Source of the DNA: an uncultured Verrucomicrobiae bacterium
GTDB taxonomy: Bacteria > Verrucomicrobiota > Verrucomicrobiia > Limisphaerales > Palsa-1400
Length of the DNA stretch: 64,000 bases
Direction: 5' to 3'
Assembly (NCBI GenBank): GCA_963707025.1
Contig: CAVPOM010000006.1
Span: forward strand, 160,001 to 224,000
How positions within the stretch are numbered: position 1 is the first letter of the stretch; each line of letters opens with the position of its first letter. Under the pieces are notes generated by a model. It did no database searches, was not told the origin of the DNA, and was given only the letters and a program-made list of their open reading frames with translations. The translations under genes were made by a program, and so were the position numbers. Shown here in pieces: positions 44,736-54,216 of the stretch.

Positions 44736-44972
44736 ATGACAGTCGTGGCAGACAACAAAAAGCGTGTGACCCTGCGCCTGGCCAAACCGGGGGACAGGTT
44801 CGATGTCCAGGTTGCCGCCGATGGGAATTACATTTTGACCAAGCTGGTGCCTGTGCAGCCAAGGGGCACCGCGAAGGTTCGGATTGAAAAACGCGGGCCA
44901 TACCACGTCGGTGTCTTGGACCAGCCGATAAATGAGGAAGCGCTCAAAGATGCGGTGGCTGAGTTTCCGTGA
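44736..44972 (+). CDS. AbrB-like antitoxin
   Basis: MTVVADNKKRVTL...PGDRFDV....G.YILTKL; 4-bp overlap with the PIN gene. Confidence 0.7.
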   Translation: MTVVADNKKRVTLRLAKPGDRFDVQVAADGNYILTKLVPVQPRGTAKVRIEKRGPYHVGVLDQPINEEALKDAVAEFP

Positions 44973-45388
44973 ATCCGGACCCGCCACCAGCCCCGGTCGC
45001 TTCGCCCCCGTTGCGGCATTTGCCGGACGTGAACCTTCTCCTGGCGGCCATTTGGGCTGATCATCCGCAGCATGCCAAGGCATTTGCCTGGCTTTCCGGG
45101 AAAAGCGTCATTCTTTGTCCCCTATCCGAGCTTGGTTTTCTGCGCATCTCAACCAATAAAAAGGTTTTCAATGCGCCAATGGAGAAAGCACGGGTTCTGC
45201 TCAACCAGTTCGCCACAGATCGAAAGGCGGTCAGGATCGCGGCGGACCTGCCGGCGCTTGGCTCCCACCCCGGCAAATCCGAAGAGGTTACCGACCATTA
45301 CCTGGCCGATCTGGCGAGCCTGCATGGGGCCAGGCTGGCAACTCTTGATCAGAACATAAACCATTCGTCCGTTGACGTGATATTCTGA
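44969..45388 (+). CDS. vapC: VapC-family PIN toxin
   Basis: LPDVNLLLA...HPQH, ELGFLRISTN, VTDHYL..LA, LATLD. Confidence 0.88.
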   Translation: MNPDPPPAPVASPPLRHLPDVNLLLAAIWADHPQHAKAFAWLSGKSVILCPLSELGFLRISTNKKVFNAPMEKARVLLNQFATDRKAVRIAADLPALGSHPGKSEEVTDHYLADLASLHGARLATLDQNINHSSVDVIF

Positions 45389-45560
45389 GAAAACCCGCTG
45401 TGGCCGCAAGATTTCTCGGCCAGGCGGTTATGCAACGTCGAGCTTTGGATGGAACGCCTGGCGAAATTGATCGGGCCTTTGTGAGCGTACCGCAATTGTA
45501 ATTCCGAATTCCGGGCTTGACCCTTTCGCTTTCACCCTTTTACGGAATCTGAGCGGTCAT

Positions 45561-46514
45561 TCAATCATGTTCTAAACGCAAGAAGTCTGTATAGGGGAGT
45601 TCGGTTCCGGAAATCGTGAGAACCCATGTATTCGTGGCGTTAGACTCACGGTGTAACCAGTAATTCTCTGGTTTGTTTGTGCGCATCAGGTTGACGCCAT
45701 TGGTATCCATAATAATCATGACAGGATGCAACTCTCGGATCGCGTCGGGCAATCGCGGGTCGTCAGGCTTGATTTCTTCCTCATTCGTGAGGGAAGAACG
45801 CATCATGGTTAGAAACGCCTCCGCAATACGACGATGCTCCTCTGGAGTCCGGCCATCAGAACGTGGACGATCCTCTTCCTCATATTCCGGAACTGTTTTC
45901 TTCCGCTCGAGTGTATCCTCGATGAATTGCCAGAATCCCGCGCGGTCTATTTTGGTCAAAAGTGAGCGGCAGTCGGCAACATAAAGGCGTGCCTCTTCAT
46001 TGGTTCCAGCAGCATCCTCGCAAGTCATTATCTCTCCGGATACCACCGCGAACTGTCCGTCTATGAAGCCGGACCAGCGTATTCGTCCATTGTTGGCATA
46101 TCGCTCAATGAGCGAATGAGAATTCGCAAGCCCGTCCATATATGGACCCACAAAATGAACGCCGACTGACCCTTCAGCATCTGCTCTCGTCGTAGCTGGA
46201 ACTGGCCGGGAAAGGAATTGTTTTGCCTGGATTTGCAGCACTCTGCGTTCGTGCCGAATCTGGAGGTCCAAAAGAGCAGGACTCAGAACAACGACACCCA
46301 TGAAAACAGTGATCCAAGTCCTGGTTTTTTTTGACAGGATCGAACGGCTCTTCAAAATCAGAACCAGACCGACAGCAACAATTCCCAGGACGAAAATAGC
46401 AGGAACAAACTTGAACCAAAGACTCCCCCAAACAAACGAATCCAAAACGAAGCCGCTCAGGCAAAAGGCTGCTGCCAGACAACCGATTCCAGCTATGATC
46501 TTCACGGTGCGCAT
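45561..46514 (-). CDS. Hypothetical membrane protein (3 N-terminal TM), lower GC
   Basis: 317-aa uninterrupted ORF; no recognisable family. Confidence 0.7.
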   Translation of the reverse strand: MRTVKIIAGIGCLAAAFCLSGFVLDSFVWGSLWFKFVPAIFVLGIVAVGLVLILKSRSILSKKTRTWITVFMGVVVLSPALLDLQIRHERRVLQIQAKQFLSRPVPATTRADAEGSVGVHFVGPYMDGLANSHSLIERYANNGRIRWSGFIDGQFAVVSGEIMTCEDAAGTNEEARLYVADCRSLLTKIDRAGFWQFIEDTLERKKTVPEYEEEDRPRSDGRTPEEHRRIAEAFLTMMRSSLTNEEEIKPDDPRLPDAIRELHPVMIIMDTNGVNLMRTNKPENYWLHRESNATNTWVLTISGTELPYTDFLRLEHD

Positions 46515-46711
46515 TTGACAAATCTGCCAAGCAGCCTAATTGACCTTATCGTCGCTCGGCGCAAGTTCCTTCTTGCCTTAGAATGTACCACCCCTTCGGG
46601 GATCTGAAAAGCAAAATGGTTTACGAGCGGCGAAGCCCTGCCTGGTGGTGACGGCATTGGCCCCTATGTTGCGAGGGCCACTGGGGCGCAATCCGGGGGC
46701 AAGAAAGGAAA

Positions 46712-46817
46712 GGGTCAGTTAATGGTATTGTAATATCGCCGTTAATGCCGAGTCCCCGCTTTGAAACTCAGTGAGTACCGCGAATTCCCAGAATATGACA
46801 ATACGATTAACTGACCC
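46712..46817. mobile_element. ~110-bp MITE (GGGTCAG family), copy B
   Basis: 25-bp IR GGGTCAGTTAATGGTATTGTAATAT / ATATGACAATACGATTAACTGACCC (2 mismatches). Confidence 0.88.
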
Positions 46818-46829
46818 CGTTCCGTTCCC

Positions 46830-46862
46830 GACGATGACGTTGGTGTCAAAAACAACGGTCAT
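46830..46862 (-). pseudogene. N-terminal fragment of a PIN toxin
   Basis: ATGA overlap with the antitoxin stop; MTVVFDTNVIV, then MITE sequence. Confidence 0.75.
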
Positions 46863-47119
46863 GCCTGGCGTTTGGCCGAGCGGTGGTTCCCGATAAGCTT
46901 GTGAATGAACGCGCGATCTTTGGCCGTCGGCTCACCTTTGCCACCAGACGAGTCAACCCCGGCGAAGGCGGCGCGCATTTCCTCCATCGCTTTGGTCTCC
47001 TGTTCGTCCCGCAGCAAACGCAAGGCCTCACACACCACCTCGCCGGCATCGTCAAATTCGCCTGACTTCACCTGGCTGCTGACGAAATCTTCCAAGGCCG
47101 ATGGCAATGATACTTTCAT
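46859..47119 (-). CDS. ParD-like ribbon-helix-helix antitoxin
   Basis: MKVSLPSALEDFVSSQVKSGEF....EVVCEALRLL. Confidence 0.85.
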   Translation of the reverse strand: MKVSLPSALEDFVSSQVKSGEFDDAGEVVCEALRLLRDEQETKAMEEMRAAFAGVDSSGGKGEPTAKDRAFIHKLIGNHRSAKRQA

Positions 47120-47168
47120 CTTTTTTAACTTGCCGTGAATCCGGTCTTTGTCAATACGCACAACTGAA

Positions 47169-48846
47169 TTACTTCCGCACGCGGGCGCGGATGGCGATGA
47201 GTTGTTTCATGATGTCGTGCAGGTTGCCGCTCCAGGTCTTGGTGCCGAAGGCGTCGTGCAGGCTCTTGTAAAGTGGATACAGTTCGCGATAGACGGCGTG
47301 GGCCTTGGCGTTGGGGGTGTAGCCGCGCGGCTTCAAACCGGTCATGGCCTTCTGCGCTGACGGAAAATCGGGATGCGCCTTGCCCACCACCGCCGCCACA
47401 ATCGCCGCGCCCAGCGCGCAGGTCTGCGCCGAGCGGGACACCTTCATGGGCCGCCCCGTCACATCGGCGTAAATCTGCATGACCAGCGGGCTTTTATCGG
47501 CGATGCCGCCGCAATTGACGATTTGCTCCACTTTCACGCCGTATTCCTCAAAACGATTGATGATGGTCAAGGCGCCGAAGGCCGTCGCTTCGATGAGCGC
47601 GCGGTAAATCTCGGCGGGCGTGGTGTAAAGGGTCTGGCCCACCAGCGCCCCGGTCAGGAGTTGGTCCACCAGGATGGTGCGGTTGCCGTTGTTCCAGTCC
47701 AGGGCCAGCAGGCCCGATTCGCCCGGCGCGAGTTTGGCGGCCTGGGCGGAAAGCGCGTCGTGGGAGCCGGCTTTTTTGCCGCCGGGCTGAATATAATTGA
47801 CAAACCAGTTGAAAATATCGCCCACCGCCGACTGGCCCGCTTCCAGACCGTAAAAACCGGGCAGCACGCTGCCCTTGACAATCCCGCACAGGCCCGGAAT
47901 GTCGGCCAATTTCTCCGAGCCGGGCGCGATGGTGATGTCGCAGGTGCTGGTGCCGATGATTTTGACCAGCGTCCCCGGCGCCACGCCGCTGCCGATGGCG
48001 CCCAGGTGGGCGTCAAAGGCCCCCACCGCCACCGGAATGCCCGCCGTCAAGCCGGTTTTCGCCACCCAGGCGGCCGTCAATCCACCCACCGCGCGGTCCA
48101 CCGATTCGACCCTCGGACAAAGCCGTCCGCGCAACTCCGCCAGTTTGGGGTCCAGTTTGCCCAGGAATTCCTCGTCGGGATAGCCGCCCCATTCCGGGCT
48201 GTACATGGCCTTGTGGCCCGCCGCGCAAATGCCGGCGATGCGGACTCTCGGGCGCCAAAGTGCCGGTCAGCTCCGCCGGCACGTAATCGGCCAGTTCCAC
48301 CCAGGAATGGGCGGCGTCGAAAACCTCCGGGTGGGCGCGCAAACAATGCAGAACCTTGCTGAAGAACCACTCGCTGGAATAGGTGCCGCCGCACTTGGCC
48401 AGGTATTCCTGGCGGATTTTGCCGGCCAGCGCGGTGATCTCCGCCGCTTCCGCCGTGCCGGTGTGGTCTTTCCACAGCCAGGCCAGCGCCGCCGGATTCT
48501 TGGCAAAACGTTTGTCGCAGGCCAGCGGCTGGCCGCCGGCGTCCACCGGCAGCGGCGTGCTCCCCGTCGTGTCCACCCCGATGCCGATGACTTGTTCGGG
48601 CTTGAAACCGCGCACGGTTTTTTTGGCCGCGGCCAGGGCTTTTTGGATGGTGATCTCCGCGCCCCGGACGTAATCGCCCGGGTGCTGCCGCGCCAGGTTC
48701 GGGTCGCGCCCCAGAACCACGCCCTGGGTGCCGTGTTCGTAGCCCCAAACCGCCGCCGCCGCCTCCTGCCCGTTGGCCGTGTTGACGATCAACGTCCGCA
48801 CCGAGTTGGTTCCGTAATCCAGGCCGATGACAAATTTTGCGCTCAT
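47169..48846 (-). CDS. araB: Ribulokinase, frameshift at ~48245
   Basis: GLDYGTNSVR, DTTGSTP, WKDHT, YSSEWFFSK, IIGTSTCD, EAGQSAVGD, LDWNNGNR. Confidence 0.93.
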
Positions 48847-48861
48847 AATCAATTCAGGGGT

Positions 48862-49917
48862 TTAGCATTCTATGATGGTTTTGACAACTTGGCCGCGGTA
48901 GGCGGCGTTCAGCGCGAACGCCTCGTCGGCGCGGCGCAAGGGAAAGCGATGGCTGACCAATCCGCGCAAATCCACCCGGCCGCGCTCGGCCAGCCGGAGG
49001 GCGCGCGGGTAAGTGTGTTTCATCCGCCGGCAGAATTTCAGGGTCAGCCCTTTGCGGCGGGCGGCGGAGGCTTTCATGGCCAGGCGGTCGTCGGACGGGA
49101 TGCCCACCAGCACGACCCGTCCGCCGGGGCGCGCCATTTCGGCGGCTTGCTGGACGGAGTGATCGGCCCAGGCCGCTTCGATGGCCACATCCACGCCGCG
49201 CCCGGCCGTTTCTTTGTCCAGCCGCGCGACGGGATCTTCCCGGTCGCAATTGATGGCCACCGCCCCGTGTTGCCGCGCCACTTGGAGACGCCAGGGAAAT
49301 TTGTCAGTGACGAAAACCGGGTCCGCCCCGGCCAGCCGGGCCACTTGCAGGATGAACAGCCCGATGGAACCAGCGCCCAGTATGGCCACACTGTCTGCCA
49401 CGCGCAGTTTTGCCAGATCCACGGCATGGAGTGCGACACCCAGCGGCTCCAGCAAAGCCGCCTCGATGTCGCTGATGGTTTTGGGAACCGGGAAACAGCA
49501 GCGCGCCGGGATCAGCATCCATTGGCTCAAACTGCCGTCGTGCGGGTAAGTGCTGCAAAAGCGCAGTTGGCGGCAGAGGTTGGGATGGCCTTGCTGACAG
49601 AGATCGCAATGATGGCAGGGCTGGGCGGGGTCCACCGCCACGCGCGTTCCCGGCTCCAGCCGCCGGCCGTTGCCATCCAGCGCGCCCGCTCCGGCTTCCT
49701 GGACCACGCCGGCGAATTCATGCCCCAGAATGAGCGGCGAAGTCACCGGCGTATCGCCAATCCGGGCATCCTGGTAGGAATGGAGGTCGCTGCCGCAGAT
49801 CCCCGTGACCTTGACGCGCAGGAGCGCCTGGCCAGGGCCCGGCTGGCCGGGGCGCGCCACCCGCTCGATGCGCAAGTCCGCCGGGCCGTGCAAGCGCGCG
49901 GCCAGCATCGTGGTCAT
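48862..49917 (-). CDS. Zn-dependent polyol/sugar dehydrogenase (MDR family)
   Basis: [19 protein letters not shown]...C, GAGSIG. Confidence 0.9.
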   Translation of the reverse strand: MTTMLAARLHGPADLRIERVARPGQPGPGQALLRVKVTGICGSDLHSYQDARIGDTPVTSPLILGHEFAGVVQEAGAGALDGNGRRLEPGTRVAVDPAQPCHHCDLCQQGHPNLCRQLRFCSTYPHDGSLSQWMLIPARCCFPVPKTISDIEAALLEPLGVALHAVDLAKLRVADSVAILGAGSIGLFILQVARLAGADPVFVTDKFPWRLQVARQHGAVAINCDREDPVARLDKETAGRGVDVAIEAAWADHSVQQAAEMARPGGRVVLVGIPSDDRLAMKASAARRKGLTLKFCRRMKHTYPRALRLAERGRVDLRGLVSHRFPLRRADEAFALNAAYRGQVVKTIIEC

Positions 49918-50070
49918 TTTTGACCCCCGGCGATTCACTGGGCCTTTGCTCATGGTGCGTGTCTCATCCCGGCACTGGGACTTTTCGTCAGCCAGCGTGC
50001 AGGGGCGGTTATTTGATTGTGAACGGGCGGCGATGTCAAGCGCGGGGTGCAGCCGGGCAGAAAAAACCTC

Positions 50071-50101
50071 TTGACTCTCCCCTTGCTGGAGGCCCTAAAC
50101 C
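50071..50101 (+). promoter_or_regulatory. MerR-type long-spacer promoter/operator
   Basis: TTGACT + 19-bp spacer containing the dyad CTCC-N7-GGAG + weak -10 TAAACC. Confidence 0.6.
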
Positions 50102-50110
50102 ATGCGGACT

Positions 50111-50929
50111 ATGAAAAATTCATACAGCATCGGCGAGTTCTCGCAGGTTACCGGTTTGTCCGTCAAGACGCTGCGATTTTATCACGAAAAAGGAATTCTG
50201 CTCCCAAGCTCCGTGGATGAAGCGACCGGCTACCGCTTCTATGACGCGGGCAAGATCGAAAAGGCGCGCGTCATCATGCGGCTGCGGCAGATGGAGTTTT
50301 CCATCGAAGACATTGCCGCCGTGCTCGGAGAGTGCAGCGATGAAGCGGACATCCTCGATTATCTGGAGCGGCAGAAGAATGTGCTTCAGCAACGAATTCA
50401 GCAAGACCGGGACATCGTTCGCTCGCTCAATGAAATCATCTCGACGGAGAAAGCGGCCCGGCAGCTTTTGGAAGGCGGCAACTATCCGGTGGAAGAGAAA
50501 ACCGTGCAGCCGGTCCTGATCGCCGGCATCCGCATGAAAGGCAAATACAGCGATTGCAGCGCGGGCTTTGCGCGGCTGGGCAAGGCCCTGGGGCGTTACA
50601 TTTGCGGCAAGGCGCTCTGCCTCTATTATGACGGCGAATATCGCGAGGGCGACGCGGATTTCGAGCCGTGCTTTCCCATTCGCAAGGAGGTGGCGGCCGA
50701 GGGCGTGGCCGTGCGCCTGCTGCCGGGCGGCCGATGCCTGGCGCTGGTGCATCGCGGAGCTTACGATCAGTTGGGCCGGAGTTACGCGAAGATTTTGCAA
50801 AAGGCGGAAGAGCGGCAATGGAAGATCTCCCTGCCAACGCGCGAGGTTTATCTCAAAGGGCCGGGGATGATCTTCAAAGGCAACCCGAAGAATTATCTGA
50901 CCGAGATTCAACTGCCGGCCTGCGGCTGA
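50111..50929 (+). CDS. MerR family regulator with GyrI-like effector domain (BmrR-like)
   Basis: YSIGEFS...TLRFYHEKGIL...TGYRFY; C-terminal HRGAY, REVYL, TEIQLP. Confidence 0.93.
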   Translation: MKNSYSIGEFSQVTGLSVKTLRFYHEKGILLPSSVDEATGYRFYDAGKIEKARVIMRLRQMEFSIEDIAAVLGECSDEADILDYLERQKNVLQQRIQQDRDIVRSLNEIISTEKAARQLLEGGNYPVEEKTVQPVLIAGIRMKGKYSDCSAGFARLGKALGRYICGKALCLYYDGEYREGDADFEPCFPIRKEVAAEGVAVRLLPGGRCLALVHRGAYDQLGRSYAKILQKAEERQWKISLPTREVYLKGPGMIFKGNPKNYLTEIQLPACG

Positions 50930-50972
50930 AGACAAACTGTGAGAACATCTCTTTGTGCCCGCGCCTGGAAGG

Positions 50973-51548
50973 CTACTTGGCGAAGAAGGCGTCCAGGGAA
51001 AGCGTCAATTCCGGCAAAGCCGCGCTGGCCAGCTTGCCGCCCGGGCCGTGGAGCGCGTGTTCGGTGAATTGGCCATCCTTGGGCTGGCGATAAACTTCGA
51101 TCTGCTTTTCCGGGCCGAGGACGAGCCAGCATTCCTTCACACCGGCAGAGGCGTAGGCGCGCAGTTTTGAACGGTCATAATCATGGCTGGTCACACATAC
51201 CTCGATGACCAATTCGGCAGTGTTAGGATGCTGAACCCAAAAATCCTCCTCTGTTCCGCGAATGACTGCAATGTCTGGCTCGGGTTCGGAATCCTCGCAT
51301 GTGATGGGTTGCTCGCTATCAAAAAAATAACCGGGCGGAAGAGCGTGTTCCAGCAGTCGTTTCAGCCGGCGAAGCAGCGCGGAATGGAGGGGGGATTTTG
51401 ACATTTTGGTATAAACGAACCCGTAGAGGAGTTCGGTGTTTTTGGGAATCAGGCCCATCCCGCCCAAGGCGCGATAAGCGGCCACGGACAGTGGCCAGAG
51501 AGGCGCCCCGCCCAAGGGCATCGGAGAAGACTCAACCGCGTTCATCAT
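50973..51548 (-). CDS. Uma2 family endonuclease
   Basis: ELLYG, SEPEPDIAV, LVIEVCVTS..YD..KL..YA.AGV.E.W. Confidence 0.9.
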   Translation of the reverse strand: MMNAVESSPMPLGGAPLWPLSVAAYRALGGMGLIPKNTELLYGFVYTKMSKSPLHSALLRRLKRLLEHALPPGYFFDSEQPITCEDSEPEPDIAVIRGTEEDFWVQHPNTAELVIEVCVTSHDYDRSKLRAYASAGVKECWLVLGPEKQIEVYRQPKDGQFTEHALHGPGGKLASAALPELTLSLDAFFAK

Positions 51549-51625
51549 TGAGGAAATAATAGCCGGGCGCATGGTATCCGCAAGGGCGGAATGGCCCCCC
51601 AAATCCTCGCCTAAGAAACTCTTTG

Positions 51626-51713
51626 AACCGCGAAATACGCGAAATACGCGAAAAACTCTGAAACTTGTCTCCGAAAGCATTCGGGGTTCGCGTATTTCGC
51701 GTATTTCGCGGTT
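51626..51713. repeat. Perfect 27-bp inverted repeat built of (CGCGAAATA) 9-mers
   Basis: AACCGCGAAATACGCGAAATACGCGAA / TTCGCGTATTTCGCGTATTTCGCGGTT. Confidence 0.9.
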
Positions 51714-51876
51714 TACTCCATTTTCTATATTGGCACGGATCTTGAGGTTCCATATTTTATGAGGTTTTTGTTCGAGCTTGCGTTCTTTAGGCGATGATTG
51801 GGAGGCCCGCCCAGTAACGCAGCTTGCCTTTTCACCCTTGGGTGAACACGCTACGCTTTTCGCTAATGATTCGCGC

Positions 51877-52659
51877 ATGAAATACCGTGTCTTCCTCATC
51901 CTCGGATTGTGCTTCGTTATCGCGGCCGGCTGCGGCCAGAAACCAAACGACCGGTTGATCGTCGGCATGGAACTGGCTTATCCGCCATTTGAAATGACCG
52001 ACCAGCATGGCAACCCGGCGGGCGTCAGCGTTGATTTGGCCAGGGCGCTCGGCCAATATCTCGGCGTCCCGGTGGAAATCCAAAACACGGACTTCGCCGG
52101 CTTGATTCCTGCGCTGCAAACGCACAAGATTGATTTGATTATTTCCTCCATGACCGCCACCCCGGAGCGGGCCAGGGCCATCGCTTTCTCCGATCCTTAT
52201 TTGAAAACAGGCCTTTGTCTGCTCGTCGCGAAAAATTCCCCGATTCAAAGCATTCAAGATGCCGACCAGCCGGGCAACGTGCTGGTGGTCAAACTGGGCA
52301 CCACCGGGCACCTCTTCGCCCGCGATCATGTCAAGAAAGCCGGGGTGCGCATTCTTCGCAATGAAGACGCCTGCGTTCTGGAGGTGGTGGAGGCAAAGGC
52401 CGCCGCCTTCATTTACGATCAGATTTCCACTTACCAGAACTGGCAGCGCAACCGCGGCACGACCCGCGCCCTTTTGCAGCCGTTTCAGGAGGAGTCCTGG
52501 GCCATTGGCCTGCGGCTGGACGACACCGCCTTGCGCGGCAAGGTCAACGCCTTCCTGCGCGACTACAAACAGCGCGGCGGTTTTGAGCAGTTGGGCGACC
52601 GCTGGCTCAAGGAGCAAAAAGAAGCTTTCAGAAAACTGGGGTATCCTTTTTACTTCTGA
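51877..52659 (+). CDS. Polar amino-acid ABC transporter substrate-binding lipoprotein
   Basis: IAAGC lipobox, YPPFEM, SSMTATPER, FSDPY, GTTG. Confidence 0.92.
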   Translation: MKYRVFLILGLCFVIAAGCGQKPNDRLIVGMELAYPPFEMTDQHGNPAGVSVDLARALGQYLGVPVEIQNTDFAGLIPALQTHKIDLIISSMTATPERARAIAFSDPYLKTGLCLLVAKNSPIQSIQDADQPGNVLVVKLGTTGHLFARDHVKKAGVRILRNEDACVLEVVEAKAAAFIYDQISTYQNWQRNRGTTRALLQPFQEESWAIGLRLDDTALRGKVNAFLRDYKQRGGFEQLGDRWLKEQKEAFRKLGYPFYF

Positions 52660-52661
52660 GC

Positions 52662-53456
52662 GTGCGTTGGTCACGCTTTTTCATCGCCGCCAAAAATCCG
52701 GGCGCGCCGCCGCCGCCGCTTCTGGTTCGCGCCTTCAACTGCCTTCTGGTCGGGCTGGCCCTGTCCCTGGTCTTTTTTTTCTCCTTCCACCAAATCGCCT
52801 ACCAATGGCGCTGGCCGGCAGTCGGCCCGTATTGGGAAATGTTCCTGGACGGGTGGCTCTGCACCATCCTGATTTCGGGCGCGGCGCTGGTTTTGAGCAC
52901 GGTGATCGGATTGCTCCTGGCCTTGGCCCGGCGCAGCCGCGTGCTGGCCTTGAGCTACTTCAGCAGAATCTACGTCGAAGTGGTGCGCGGCACGCCGCTG
53001 CTCGTGCAAATTATGATTCTGTGTTACGTGGTGGCGACCGCCTTCGGCATGGAAAACCGCGCCGTGGTCGGGGTGCTGATCTTGTCGGGTTTCAGCGGCG
53101 CTTACATTGCCGAGATCGTCCGGGCCGGCATCGAAAGCGTGGGACGCTCGCAGTTGGAATCGGCCCAAGCCATCGGCCTGACCCGGCCCCAGATTTATCG
53201 CCATGTCATTTTGCCCCAGGCCCTGCGCCAGACCCTGCCGCCGCTCGCCGGCCAATTTGCCTCGCTCATCAAGGATTCCTCCCTCCTCTACGTCATCGGC
53301 ACGCCGGAATTCACCAACAAGGTCCTCTCCGTCAATGCCACCACCTTCAGCCCCTTTGAATGTTATCTCCCCCTGGCCGCCGGATACCTGATCTTGACTC
53401 TGCCCATTTCGCTGTGGACGCGGCGCCTGGAACAGCGGCACAAGTTTGAGACCTAG
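52662..53456 (+). CDS. Amino-acid ABC transporter permease
   Basis: RGTPLLVQ, AYIAEIVRAGI, IKDSSL. Confidence 0.93.
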   Translation: MRWSRFFIAAKNPGAPPPPLLVRAFNCLLVGLALSLVFFFSFHQIAYQWRWPAVGPYWEMFLDGWLCTILISGAALVLSTVIGLLLALARRSRVLALSYFSRIYVEVVRGTPLLVQIMILCYVVATAFGMENRAVVGVLILSGFSGAYIAEIVRAGIESVGRSQLESAQAIGLTRPQIYRHVILPQALRQTLPPLAGQFASLIKDSSLLYVIGTPEFTNKVLSVNATTFSPFECYLPLAAGYLILTLPISLWTRRLEQRHKFET

Positions 53457-53461
53457 CCGCC

Positions 53462-54193
53462 ATGAAGCTGCACCTGGAAAAAATCGCCAAATCCTTCGCC
53501 GGCCACCGCGCGCTGGACGGCGTTGATTTGGCGCTGGCCGACGTGCGCTCCCTCGTGCTCATCGGCCCGTCGGGCGGCGGCAAATCCACCTTGCTGCGAA
53601 TCCTCGCCGGATTGGAGTATCCGGACGCGGGGGCGGTGGCCATCAACGGCGAACCCGTCGTGTTCGAGGAAGCGGCCTTGCTGCGGCATCGCCGGACCAT
53701 CGGCACGGTTTTTCAAGCCTTCAACCTGTTCCCTCATTTGACCGCGCTGGAAAACATCACCCTGCCCCTGGAAAAGGTGCATGGCCATTCGCCGGCGGCC
53801 GCCGCGGAAATCGCCCGCCAGTTGCTGGCCCGCTTCCGCCTGGAAAACCACGCCGCCCAGCGGCAGGCCGAATTATCCGGCGGCCAGCGCCAGCGCGTGG
53901 CCATTGCCCGCGCCGTCTCCATCAAACCGCGCCTGCTGCTCTTCGACGAGCCGACTTCCGCGCTGGACCCCGAGATGACGGCGGAAGTGCTGGACATGAT
54001 CAAGGAACTGCGCGAGGAAGGGCGCGACTTTATTCTGGTGACGCACGAGATGGGTTTCGCGCGGCAGGTGGCCGACCAGGCGGCCCTGCTGGCCGGGGGC
54101 CGCATCGTGGAATCCGGCCCCGCCCAACAAATCTTCGATCACCCCGCCACCCCGCAAAGCGCCGATTTCCTGGCCAAAGTTCTTAAGTATTGA
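53462..54193 (+). CDS. Amino-acid ABC transporter ATPase
   Basis: GPSGGGKS, LSGGQRQR, FDEPTSALDPE, VTHEMGFA. Confidence 0.95.
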   Translation: MKLHLEKIAKSFAGHRALDGVDLALADVRSLVLIGPSGGGKSTLLRILAGLEYPDAGAVAINGEPVVFEEAALLRHRRTIGTVFQAFNLFPHLTALENITLPLEKVHGHSPAAAAEIARQLLARFRLENHAAQRQAELSGGQRQRVAIARAVSIKPRLLLFDEPTSALDPEMTAEVLDMIKELREEGRDFILVTHEMGFARQVADQAALLAGGRIVESGPAQQIFDHPATPQSADFLAKVLKY

Positions 54194-54216
54194 CGCCCGG
54201 CCGCCGGGGCCATCCG

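Noticed and set aside
51549..51968. N-terminal extension of Uma2 (REIREIRE / FRVFRVFR)
   Set aside because: Translation of the 9-mer inverted repeat; overlaps the ABC gene on the other strand
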